Assembly: GCA_003567475.1 (NCBI GenBank)
Contig: PWZL01000048.1
Location: forward strand, 1,518-65,517
From: Gammaproteobacteria bacterium
GTDB lineage: Bacteria; Pseudomonadota; Gammaproteobacteria; Steroidobacterales; PWYM01
Reading direction: 5' to 3'
Length of the DNA: 64,000 bases
Below the pieces are notes generated by a model, which worked only from the letters and a program-made list of their open reading frames with translations, ran no database searches and had not been told where the DNA came from. Positions 37,301 to 47,392 of the stretch are shown here, in pieces (within the stretch, counting starts at the first letter, position 1; the number at the start of each line of letters is the position of its first letter). Made by a program: the position numbers and the translations under genes.

Positions 37301-39277
37301 GACGGGTTGGTCACCCTCCAGGCGCAGCCGGTAGGGCCGCTCGCTGACCACGTCCACGCCCATGTGCTCGAGCATCGGTACCACTTGCGACAGTGGCAGT
37401 GGGGCGCCGGACCGACAGATCTTGAATCGCAGCCGCTCGTCTGCCCCCTGGGGCGGACGGTAGAGGCTGGTGGCCATGCTGGTGCGACCGGCGAGAATGT
37501 CATCGATCCGCTCGATGTCGAATCCCGCCTCCCGGGGGCTGACATCCTCGCGATAGGCGGCTGGGAAGGCTTCGCAGTAGCGCTGGTACAGCGCGTTGCC
37601 GTGGGCCTCATCGAAGCGCTCCAGCATGTCCTCGCGCAGGCGGTCCTGCCAGGTTGTCACCGTTTCCTCGATCCGCCGCTCGATCGCCTGGAAGCTGATG
37701 CGCGGCTCGCTATCCGGTGGGCTGCGCACGATCACGTGCATGCGCGCGAGCACCGATTCGGAGATTTCGACGTTGGTGTCGATCTGCTCGCCATGCAGTT
37801 CTTCGCGCAGGATGTCCTCGATGCGCAGCCTGACACTGGTGCGGTAGCGATCACGCGGTACGAACACCAGGCACGAGTAGAATCGTTGAAAGTCCTCGCG
37901 GCGGATCAGCAGTCGTACCCGGTGGCGTTCCTGAAGATTCAGGATGCCGTGGGCGATTCGCAGCAGATCCTCGATGGAGATCTGGAACAGCTCGTCGCGC
38001 GGGTAGCTGTCGAGGGTGTGTTGCAGCGCCTTGGCCCGGTGGCTGCCGGGAGTTACCCCGGAGCGGTCGAGGACCTCGCGTAACTTCTCGCGCAGTACCG
38101 GGATATCGCGCGCCTGGCGACTGTAGGCGCTGGAGGTGTAGAGGCCCAGGAAGCGCCGTTCACGTACCGGGCGGCCCTGGCGGTCGAACACCTTGACGCC
38201 AACGTAATCCAGATAGCCCGGTCGATGGACCGTCGCGCGCGTGTTGGCCTTGGTGATGACCAGCGGTTCGCGGGAGTCGGCGACCTGTTGCATCCGTGGA
38301 TTCAGCACCTGTTCGGATGGCGGTTCGCCCGGCCGGTCGCGCAGGATGCCCAGGCCGGTCTCCGGAATACCCACCAGCCGCGCGCCGCGGCCGCGTCGGT
38401 CGAGTCGATACTCGCGGTATCCGAGCAGGGTGAAGTGGTCATCCGCCATCCAGTCGAGCAGACGGCAACTCTCGAGCACCGTGTTCGTGGAAAGCATGGC
38501 CGCGTTGGCGGGCAGCTCAGCGCTGGCGACGCGAAGTTTGGCCACCATGGCAGGCCAGTCCGCGACAGCCGCCCGGACATCCGCGAGCGTCGACTCCAGC
38601 GCCGCTACGATGTCGTCGTGCCGATTGGGGTCGGGTTCGCGCAGGATTTCGAAGTGGATGAACGACTCCGCCTGTGTACGCGGATGGTCGACACCACGCG
38701 GGTGCAGACGACTGACCTGTCCGCGCGGGGTACGCTCAAGCATCAGCACCGGATGGATGGTCAGGTGAATTTCATGGCCGAGCCGGTTCAGCGTCATCGT
38801 GCTCGAATCGACCAGAAAAGGCATGTCGTCATGGACGATTTCGACGATGGTGTGCGGCGAGGTCCAGCCATGTTCGGCTTCCGTCGGGTTGTACACGCGG
38901 ATGCACGCCGCGGCATCGCGCCGGTGCCGGCCAAGTTCCAGGTGCGCGAGGACGGCACCGGCGAGGTTTTCCACGCTGCGTGCGCTGAGGTCCTCCTGGG
39001 CGACGTTGCGATAGTACTGGCGCACCAGCTCGCCAAGTTCGAGGCGCGCAGGTTGCCGGCGGGCGAGCCGGCGGGCGCGTCGGGCGATGGCCTCGAGCAG
39101 CTCGCCAGCAGTTGTCGGCGCCTTGGCCGGGGTCCGGGGCCTGGGGGCCTTCGCGCGCTTCGACGTCGTGGTCGTCGACGGCTTGCGGCTCGGCTTTGCG
39201 GGGGTCATACGGCGGGTTCCTGTCTTGGGCTCATGCGTGGGTGAGTCTATTGTCTCGCGCGGGCGCTGCCGGGTCAC
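34301..39277 (-). CDS. gdhB: Large (~180 kDa class) NAD-specific glutamate dehydrogenase
   Basis: A 1658-aa ORF with the characteristic length and architecture of the Bac_GDH family. The catalytic core region reads ...VIVPNGAKGGFV...VVAADKGTATFSD...GGSHGYDHKKMGITARGAWE... The GTG at 39277 overlaps the E2 stop (GTGA). The ATG at 39208 is an alternative start. Confidence 0.9.
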   Translation of the reverse strand: MTRQRPRETIDSPTHEPKTGTRRMTPAKPSRKPSTTTTSKRAKAPRPRTPAKAPTTAGELLEAIARRARRLARRQPARLELGELVRQYYRNVAQEDLSARSVENLAGAVLAHLELGRHRRDAAACIRVYNPTEAEHGWTSPHTIVEIVHDDMPFLVDSSTMTLNRLGHEIHLTIHPVLMLERTPRGQVSRLHPRGVDHPRTQAESFIHFEILREPDPNRHDDIVAALESTLADVRAAVADWPAMVAKLRVASAELPANAAMLSTNTVLESCRLLDWMADDHFTLLGYREYRLDRRGRGARLVGIPETGLGILRDRPGEPPSEQVLNPRMQQVADSREPLVITKANTRATVHRPGYLDYVGVKVFDRQGRPVRERRFLGLYTSSAYSRQARDIPVLREKLREVLDRSGVTPGSHRAKALQHTLDSYPRDELFQISIEDLLRIAHGILNLQERHRVRLLIRREDFQRFYSCLVFVPRDRYRTSVRLRIEDILREELHGEQIDTNVEISESVLARMHVIVRSPPDSEPRISFQAIERRIEETVTTWQDRLREDMLERFDEAHGNALYQRYCEAFPAAYREDVSPREAGFDIERIDDILAGRTSMATSLYRPPQGADERLRFKICRSGAPLPLSQVVPMLEHMGVDVVSERPYRLRLEGDQPVYIQDLDLIGQGGRSFDPHSCGERFQHCFRAALEGHVESDGHNRLVLLAQLDWRQIVVLRACTKYLVQTGMPFSQAYLQEVLTGAPALAAALVDLFAAQFDPETTERARQRLRHAAEARIEACLNSVSSLDEDRILRAYYDVVRAMLRTNHFQYEADQAPKAYLSFKLDPARLPELPRPRPRYEIFVYSPRMEGVHLRAAEIARGGLRWSDRREDFRSEILGLMKAQQVKNTVIVPNGAKGGFVCKRLPEGDRAAVQAEVRACYRMLIRGLLDITDNIVGKEIQPPPRVRRLDGDDPYLVVAADKGTATFSDLANTIAAEYDFWLSDAFASGGSHGYDHKKMGITARGAWEAVKRHFRELGIDVTSQTFTVAGIGDMSGDVFGNGMLQSDRIRLLAAFDHRHIFIDPDPDPALAFAERKRLFALPASSWEDYRADVISSGGGVYSRAAKSIELSAAAAQAIGVRERRITPPQLIQAILRMPVDLLWNGGIGTYVKAAAESHEDVGDRANIAVRVNGRELRCKILGEGGNLGITQRGRIEYAHTGGRLNTDFIDNSGGVDCSDREVNIKILLREAVDTGGLRMPARNRLLERMTDEVAELVLRTNYQQTQAISVLAARALERSNENASLLRWLERRGLLDRDLEFLPDDEEIADRRARGRGLTRPELAVMLSYAKIELYDALCASDITADPYLSEELSRYFPQPLRKRFAQHVPGHRLARQIVAMLITSSMINRMGPTFPMRAQEETGADAASVARAYTIARDVIGMRELWDGIEGLDARLLAPVQLDMLFESARQLRNTVYWFLRHHAGELDVTAQVQTMRTGVSGLMHRLPELMPAVSARRLERATQEYVQHSVPEALARRMASLPYSLATLDIVEVARQGGRDPADAARAYFELGRALKLDWLKQEIEKLAVEGRWQALGRGTLRGSVHDLQRQVLQRCLGERSRDDAEAAVSAWLKAHRPVVVKTLHTLTEMQASKRVDFATLSVALEELRRLAAMT

Positions 39278-40479
39278 TCCTGGCGTGACAGGTCGGCAAT
39301 CACGGCAGCCAGAAAGCGGCAGGCCTCGCCTCCGGTGATGCAGCGGTGATCGAAGGTGAGTGACAGCGGGATGCGACGGTGGACCTCAATACCACCGAGC
39401 ACCGGCACGAGATCGCGCTGCAGCATGCCTGCGCCGAGAATCGCGACGGTGGGTGGGACGATGACGGGGGTGGCGTAGCGGCCCGCGAGCATGCCGAAGT
39501 TGGACAGGGTGATGGTGTAGTCGAGCATGTCCTGGGGCCGGATACTGCGCGTCCGGGTTGTCGTCTTGATGTGGTTGACATCGGCTCGAAGCTCGATCAG
39601 CGACTTGTTGGCAGCGTCGCGGACCACGGGGACGATCAGCCCGTCCGGCGTGTCGACGGCCATGGCGATGTCGACGCGCTCTGCCGCCTCCAGTCGTTCG
39701 TCGGCAGCATTGAAGAAGCCGTTGAGCGCAGGCTCGGCGCGACAGCCCGCCACCATCGCGCGCAACAGCCGCTCGGTGATGGCCCGCGGCTCGCGCCAGT
39801 GTTCGATGTCCGCGTCGTCGAACACCGTGCATGGCACGATCTGGGCACCCGAAGCGCTCATGCTCTTCGCCATGGCCCGGCGCGGGCCACGCAGCACGCC
39901 ACCGCGCCAGGGTCCGCGTGCGGGCTCGGCGCCACGGGTCGCCGCGGCATCACGGGCCTCGGCGTGGGCACGCACGTCTTCTGGGGTCACCTGGCCGGCG
40001 CTGCCCGAGGGCGCGACGTCGGTGAGCGAGACGCCGAGTTCCTCGGCGAGCGCGCGGGCGGCTGGCGAGGCTTTCGGTGCACTGCGCCCGCCGCGGCGAC
40101 TGCCGGCGCGCGCGGTTTCGACCAGCACATCATCGCTCGAGGGCATGCTGCCGACCACGGTGCCGGAGTCGTCGCGGTCCGGCGGGCGGTCATCGCGGTT
40201 GTCGTCGCGATGCTCGTCGCGGCGGTCGTTCGGGCGGTCGACAGCCTCCTCGAAGTCGACCAGCGGGGCGCCCGTCTCCACCATGTCGCCTTCGCTGGCG
40301 TGCAGGCGGCTGACCCGCCCGGTCACCGGCGAGGGGACTTCCACCACGGCTTTTGCGGTTTCGACGCTGACCAGCAGGTCGTCGGTGTTGATCTGCTGGC
40401 CTTCTTCGACATGCCAGGTGATGATCTCGGCTTCAGGCAGCCCCTCGCCCAGATCGGGCAGGCGGAATGTCGTGGTCAT
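39274..40479 (-). CDS. Dihydrolipoamide acyltransferase (E2) of a 2-oxoacid dehydrogenase complex
   Basis: 401 aa. The lipoyl domain carries LVSVETAKAVVEVPSPVTGRV. An E3/E1-binding domain reads SPAARALAEELGVSLTDV. The catalytic domain ends ...LSLTFDHRCITGGEACRFL (the DHR active-site motif). Confidence 0.85.
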   Translation of the reverse strand: MTTTFRLPDLGEGLPEAEIITWHVEEGQQINTDDLLVSVETAKAVVEVPSPVTGRVSRLHASEGDMVETGAPLVDFEEAVDRPNDRRDEHRDDNRDDRPPDRDDSGTVVGSMPSSDDVLVETARAGSRRGGRSAPKASPAARALAEELGVSLTDVAPSGSAGQVTPEDVRAHAEARDAAATRGAEPARGPWRGGVLRGPRRAMAKSMSASGAQIVPCTVFDDADIEHWREPRAITERLLRAMVAGCRAEPALNGFFNAADERLEAAERVDIAMAVDTPDGLIVPVVRDAANKSLIELRADVNHIKTTTRTRSIRPQDMLDYTITLSNFGMLAGRYATPVIVPPTVAILGAGMLQRDLVPVLGGIEVHRRIPLSLTFDHRCITGGEACRFLAAVIADLSRQE

Positions 40480-40482
40480 GAC

Positions 40483-41460
40483 TCAGTCCTCCAGCGTTTC
40501 GCGGATACCCTCGATCACCCGGGCAACCCCCGGCATGTACTCGGACTCCAGGCGAAACAGCGGCATGATGGTGTCGTAGCCTGCCACCCGCCGGATCGGC
40601 GTACGCAGGCTGTAAAGCGCATGTTCGGCGACCACCGCAGCGATTTCCGCGCCGCCACCATAACTTTGCGGTGCCTCGTGCACGATGACCAGGCGGCCGG
40701 TTTTCTCTACCGACTCGATGATCGTCTCGGCGTCGAGCGGGCTCAGTGTGGCCACGTCGATGACCTCGCAGCTCACGCCTTCGCCGGCCAGCTGGTCGGC
40801 GGCTTTCAGGGTTTCATAGGTCATGGCGCCCCAGGTCACCACGGTGACGTCATCGCCCTCGCGCAGCGTGTAGCACACATCCAGCGGCAGCGCCTCGCCG
40901 GTGTCAGGGACGTCCTGCTTCTGCAGCCGGTAGATGCGCTTGGGCTCGAAGAAGATCACCGGGTCGGGATCGCGGATGGCGGCCAGCAGCAGCCCGTAGG
41001 CCCGCGCCGGCGAGGACGGGATGACGACCCGGATCCCGGGCATGTGCGCGAACATCGCCTCGGGGCTGTCGGAGTGATGTTCGGGGGCATGGATGCCGCC
41101 GCCGTAGGGTACGCGCAGGACCATGGGACAGTGCAGCCGCCCGCGGGTACGGGTGCGCAGGCGGGCCGCGTGATTGACGATCTGGTCGACTGCGGGGAAG
41201 ACGAAGCCTTCGAACTGGATCTCCGCGACCGGTCGCATCCCCTGGGCGGCCATGCCTACGGAGACGCCGGCGATCATCGCCTCGGCGAGCGGCGTATCCT
41301 GCACCCGCTCGGCACCGAAGCGCTGCTGCAGGCCGGCGGTCGCCCGGAACACCCCGCCGTTCACACCGACATCCTCGCCGAGCACGATCACCCGCTCATC
41401 GCGCGCCATCTCGTGGGCCAGGGCCATGGTCACCGCCTCGATCAGGGTGACGGTGGCCAT
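40483..41460 (-). CDS. 2-oxoacid dehydrogenase E1 beta subunit
   Basis: The ATG at 41460 overlaps the E1 alpha stop (TGATG). MATVTLIEAVTMALAHEMARDERVIVLGEDVG...VQDTPLAEAMIAGVSVGMA is typical of heterotetrameric E1 beta (PDH/BCKDH type). Confidence 0.9.
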   Translation of the reverse strand: MATVTLIEAVTMALAHEMARDERVIVLGEDVGVNGGVFRATAGLQQRFGAERVQDTPLAEAMIAGVSVGMAAQGMRPVAEIQFEGFVFPAVDQIVNHAARLRTRTRGRLHCPMVLRVPYGGGIHAPEHHSDSPEAMFAHMPGIRVVIPSSPARAYGLLLAAIRDPDPVIFFEPKRIYRLQKQDVPDTGEALPLDVCYTLREGDDVTVVTWGAMTYETLKAADQLAGEGVSCEVIDVATLSPLDAETIIESVEKTGRLVIVHEAPQSYGGGAEIAAVVAEHALYSLRTPIRRVAGYDTIMPLFRLESEYMPGVARVIEGIRETLED

Positions 41461-42539
41461 CAATGCGCCCCCCCACCGGCGCGGCGCACGGCGAGCTCGC
41501 GCTGGGCGGCAAGCCCCTGCGGCAGCTCGGCGAACAGATAATCGAACATCGCCGTCACGGGCGCGCGCGGTGTGTTGATATAGCGCTCGACCGCGAGGTC
41601 GACTGCCTCGATGGCTTCGGCGCGGCAGGCCTGCTCGCGCTCGTCGTTCCACAGTCCACGGGTTTCCATGTAGCGCCGCAGCCTGATCAGGGGTTCGAGT
41701 TCGCGCGCAGCCTCGACCTCCTCACGTGCGCGATAGCGGCTCGCATCGTCGGCTGTCGTGTGGTCGGACAGCCGGTAGGTGAGGGTCTCGATAAGCGTCG
41801 GTCCCTCGCCCCGCCGGCCACGCTCCAGCGCCCGCTCCACCCAGTGGCGCACGGCGATCACGTCATTGCCGTCCACCTGGATGCCCGGGATGCCGGCTGC
41901 CACCGCTTTCTGTGCCAGCGTGCGCGACGCGGTCTGCAGCTCCAGCGGCACGGAGATGGCCCACTTGTTGTTGATCACCATGAATACCACGGGGAGTTTC
42001 TTCGCGCCGGCCACGTTGAGCGCCTCATAGAACGCACCCTCCGAAGTGCCGCCGTCGCCATTGATCGAGACGGCGCAGCGCGGTTCGCCACGCAGCTGGT
42101 AGGCCATGGCGGCCCCTGCAGCGTGCAGACACTGCGTGGCGATCGGCACACAGAACGGGAAGTCGTGACGCGGCCCGGCGAAATCGCTGCCGCGCTCGTC
42201 GCCGCCCCAGTAGAGCAGAATCTCGTGCATCTGCACGCCGCGCCAGAGCATGGCGCCATACTCGCGATAGCTCGGCGCGAGGCAGTCCTCAGGGCGCATG
42301 GCCGCGCCGATGCCGACGTGACTGGCTTCGTGACCCAGGCACGAGGCGTAAGTGCCCAGCTTGCCGGTGCGCTGCAGGTTGATCGCCTTGGTATCGAAGA
42401 TTCGCGCCAGCAGCATGCTCGCGTACATGGTCTGCAGCGTATCGGCGTCCTCGGCGAACGCCGGCAGCGTGTCCTGTGGCTCGCCCTGAGGGTCGAGGAA
42501 CTGCGAATGCCGGATTTCAAAGTCGGCGATGGTTTCCAT
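41460..42539 (-). CDS. 2-oxoacid dehydrogenase E1 alpha subunit (TPP-dependent; PDH/BCKDH type, substrate undetermined)
   Basis: 359 aa. LLARIFDTKAINLQRTGKLGTYASCLGHEA...SYREYG... and the TPP-binding GDGGTSEGAFYEALN are present. Confidence 0.9.
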   Translation of the reverse strand: METIADFEIRHSQFLDPQGEPQDTLPAFAEDADTLQTMYASMLLARIFDTKAINLQRTGKLGTYASCLGHEASHVGIGAAMRPEDCLAPSYREYGAMLWRGVQMHEILLYWGGDERGSDFAGPRHDFPFCVPIATQCLHAAGAAMAYQLRGEPRCAVSINGDGGTSEGAFYEALNVAGAKKLPVVFMVINNKWAISVPLELQTASRTLAQKAVAAGIPGIQVDGNDVIAVRHWVERALERGRRGEGPTLIETLTYRLSDHTTADDASRYRAREEVEAARELEPLIRLRRYMETRGLWNDEREQACRAEAIEAVDLAVERYINTPRAPVTAMFDYLFAELPQGLAAQRELAVRRAGGGAH

Positions 42540-42669
42540 GAAGTTCTCCGCAGCCGGCTGCGGGACCGGCCGGCACTCGGGCGGGCGGCACTGCAGGTCG
42601 GCAAAGTGGTTGCATATGAAACTATATCGTCGCCAGCGGACGCTGTCTTCCCGGCGTTACAATGTTGTT

Positions 42670-43554
42670 ATGCAGCATGACGGTCCTGCGAGCACTGACG
42701 AGGCGCCCATGAAAGACCGGAAGCAAGTTCCCCCATCCGACGCTGAGGCCACCGCGTCGCTGACTTACGGCGGGTATCTCGGACTCGATGCCTTGCTGTC
42801 GGCGCAACTCCCCCGGTCATCCCCAGAGCACCCTGACGAGATGCTGTTCATCATACAGCACCAGATCACCGAACTCTGGCTGAAGCTCGCGCTGCATGAG
42901 CTCGAGGCGGTGATGATGGCGTTGCGTAGCGATGACCTGAACCAGACCCGGCTCGGACTCGCGCGCATCTGCGAAATCGAACGGCAGATGCTCGCGCAGT
43001 GGACACTCTTTGACACACTGACGCCGCAGGGCTACGCCGGTTTTCGCGGCGCGCTGGGCACCGCCTCAGGCTTCCAGTCGTGGCAGTTCCGTCAGTTCGA
43101 ATGTCTGTTGGGTCACCGCGATCCCGAGGTGCCGGCAATCTTTGCTCACGACCCCGCGCAGCGTCGCCTGCTTGAGCGGCTGCAGCAGTCCCCGGCGCTG
43201 TTCGACGAGTTTCTCCGTCACCTCGCGCGACAGGGCCATCCCGTGCCCACCCGGCGATTGCGGCGCGACTGGCGCACGGCTGCCGCCGCAGATGACGACG
43301 TCGTGAGACTTTTGCAACGGATCTACGCAGACGCGCAGGCGCACGCGGATGTGCATGCCGTCTGCGAATTGCTGGTCGATATCGATCAGCAGCTGCAGAT
43401 CTGGCGCTACCGCCACATGAAAACCGTCGAGAGGATCATCGGCCGCCGCCGTGGCACCGGGGGCTCGGACGGGGTGGCTTATCTGCGCCGCGGCATCAAC
43501 GTGCAGTGTTTCCCCGAGCTCTGGCTGCTGCGCGGCGAGGAGACGTCGGCCTGA
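42670..43554 (+). CDS. kynA: Tryptophan 2,3-dioxygenase
   Basis: LTYGGYLGLDALLSAQLPRS...HPDEMLFIIQHQITELWLKLALHEL...SGFQSWQFRQFE...WRYRHMKTVERIIG matches bacterial TDO. I chose the ATG at 42670. The ATG at 42706 is an alternative start. Confidence 0.85.
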   Translation: MQHDGPASTDEAPMKDRKQVPPSDAEATASLTYGGYLGLDALLSAQLPRSSPEHPDEMLFIIQHQITELWLKLALHELEAVMMALRSDDLNQTRLGLARICEIERQMLAQWTLFDTLTPQGYAGFRGALGTASGFQSWQFRQFECLLGHRDPEVPAIFAHDPAQRRLLERLQQSPALFDEFLRHLARQGHPVPTRRLRRDWRTAAAADDDVVRLLQRIYADAQAHADVHAVCELLVDIDQQLQIWRYRHMKTVERIIGRRRGTGGSDGVAYLRRGINVQCFPELWLLRGEETSA

Positions 43555-43556
43555 CC

Positions 43557-44054
43557 TCAGTCCGTTCCGCCGGCCCTCGCGCCGGTACGGGCCTCGAGTT
43601 CGCGCGCGCGTGCCGTGAGCCGCCGCAGCAGTCGATCGAGCGCCGCGAGCTCTGTCGGGTCGAGACTCTCGATCAGTTGGGCTTCCAGCGCACGCGCCTG
43701 GGGCACGACTTCGGCGTAGACCGCCTCACCCTCAGCCGAGAGCTGCAGGATGGACCGGCGCCGATCCGCGTCGGCGAAGCTGCGGGTGATGCGGCCCGTG
43801 TCGAGCAGTTTGGCCACCGCGCGGCTCACGGCGACCTTGTCCATGGCCGTGCGCTCGGCGACCTCCGCTGCGGACAGTCCCGGGTAACGGCCCAGGATAG
43901 CCATGACCCGCCATTCCGGAATACTCAGGCAGAAGCGCCGACGATAGACGGCCGCGATGGCGGAGGACACCGTGTTCGACAGAATCGACAAGCGATAGGG
44001 CAGGAAGGTCTCGAGTTCCAGTCGCCTGCCAGCCGTGTGCTCGTCCCGCTTCAC
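43557..44054 (-). CDS. MarR family transcriptional regulator
   Basis: 165 aa. LSIPEWRVMAILGRYPGLSAAEVAERTAMDKVAVSRAVAKLLDTGRI is a MarR winged helix. It is convergent with kynA, with a 2-nt gap. Confidence 0.85.
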   Translation of the reverse strand: MKRDEHTAGRRLELETFLPYRLSILSNTVSSAIAAVYRRRFCLSIPEWRVMAILGRYPGLSAAEVAERTAMDKVAVSRAVAKLLDTGRITRSFADADRRRSILQLSAEGEAVYAEVVPQARALEAQLIESLDPTELAALDRLLRRLTARARELEARTGARAGGTD

Positions 44055-44168
44055 TGTCCATGACTCCTGTCGACTGTTCCGAAAAATACTCTAGCATGCC
44101 GCCAGAGTGCCGATTCCGTCCGCCGCCTGCCGGCCAAGCGCGCCGTCTGCGTACCGCCGCGTGGTGGT

Positions 44169-45260
44169 TCAGGGGCGATGCTCGGCGGCCAGGTACCCAT
44201 GACTTTGCATCTCCTCCAGGCGACTGGCAGTGCGCCGGAATTCGAAACTCAGCCGCTCGCCTGCGTAGAGCTCGGAAGGCGTCGCATCCGCCGAGACGAT
44301 CAGCTTGACCCGCCGGTCGTAGAACTCGTCGACCAGGGCCATCAGCCGTCGGGCCGCGTTGTCGCGCATGCCATCGAGACGCGGGATGCCCGAAAGCAGC
44401 ACTGTGTGAAACAGCCGTGCCAGCTCGATGTAGTCGTTCTGGCTGCGTGGGCCCTCGCACAGGCTGCTGAAATCGAACCAGGCGACGCCGTCGGTGCAAC
44501 AGCGCACGGGAATGGCCCGTCCGAGAATCGACAAGGGCGCGGCAGTCCGCTCGCCTTCGCCCGCGATGTCGTGGAAGTACGCCTCCAGACGCGCGTCGGC
44601 GCTCGCGTCCGCCGGCACCTGGTAGATGCTGGCGCGCTTGAGCACGCGCAGCCGGTAGTCGATCCCGCCGTCGACGTTGAGAACCTGCGTATGCTGCTCC
44701 AGTAAGGCGATGGCCGGCAGGAAGCGCGCGCGCTGCAGGCCATCGCGGTAGAGCTCGGCGGGCGCGCAGTTCGAAGTGGCCACCAGCGTGACGCCATGAT
44801 CGAACAGCGCCTCGATCAGCGTGCCCAGGATCATCGCGTCGGTGATGTCGGAGACGAAGAACTCGTCGAAGCAGATCACCCGTGTGCGACCGGCGATCTC
44901 GCGTGCGATCGCACGCAGGGGATCGCGTTGCTCATGGCGCCCGCCCAGCGCGGCATGAATATCGTTCATGAAGCGGTGGAAGTGACTGCGTCGTCGCGCG
45001 GTGAAGGGCAGGGACTGATAGAACATATCCATCAGCATGGTCTTGCCACGGCCCACTCCGCCCCACAGGTATAGGCCGCGGATCGGCTCGACGCGACGGG
45101 TCAGTCCCGGCAGGCGCAGGCGCCGCGGCGGGCGCCAGGGGGTGGCGACCAGCTGTGCGTGCAGCGCATCGAGCTGCTGGATGGCGTGCAGCTGCGCGCC
45201 ATCGGCGAGGATGGCGTCCTCGCGCAGCGCCTGCTGGTAGCGCGCCAGAGGCGTATCCAT
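44169..45260 (-). CDS. zapE: Cell division protein ZapE (AFG1-like ATPase)
   Basis: 363 aa. The Walker A motif is GLYLWGGVGRGKTMLMD and the Walker B motif is VICFDEFFVSDI. The overall AFG1/ZapE pattern is present. Confidence 0.85.
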   Translation of the reverse strand: MDTPLARYQQALREDAILADGAQLHAIQQLDALHAQLVATPWRPPRRLRLPGLTRRVEPIRGLYLWGGVGRGKTMLMDMFYQSLPFTARRRSHFHRFMNDIHAALGGRHEQRDPLRAIAREIAGRTRVICFDEFFVSDITDAMILGTLIEALFDHGVTLVATSNCAPAELYRDGLQRARFLPAIALLEQHTQVLNVDGGIDYRLRVLKRASIYQVPADASADARLEAYFHDIAGEGERTAAPLSILGRAIPVRCCTDGVAWFDFSSLCEGPRSQNDYIELARLFHTVLLSGIPRLDGMRDNAARRLMALVDEFYDRRVKLIVSADATPSELYAGERLSFEFRRTASRLEEMQSHGYLAAEHRP

Positions 45261-45269
45261 CGCGATGGC

Positions 45270-47222
<1,953 letters not shown>

Positions 47223-47392
47223 CCGGGTCTCTCTCGTCTCTGGCGCTCGACAGGTGAGCGGAGGAGGAGGGTACTGCAGCGCGGGTCGGCCGGCAAAAGT
47301 CCCGGTGCTACAATCGAGCGCTGGAGCAGGCCTGCCCGGCGGCCGAGAAGGCCCGGGCAGTGGTGGCGCAGGCGACCTGGCAAGGGGGCAGC

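Noticed and set aside
36098-38083. A 661-aa plus-strand ORF lying entirely inside and antisense to the NAD-glutamate dehydrogenase gene.
   Set aside because: The opposite strand encodes an uninterrupted, recognisable 1658-aa Bac_GDH protein. The antisense product is low-complexity (Arg/Ala/Gly/Asp/His/Val-rich) with no start context. Long stop-free antisense frames are expected at this GC content and are a known source of spurious 'NAD-GDH-like' annotations.
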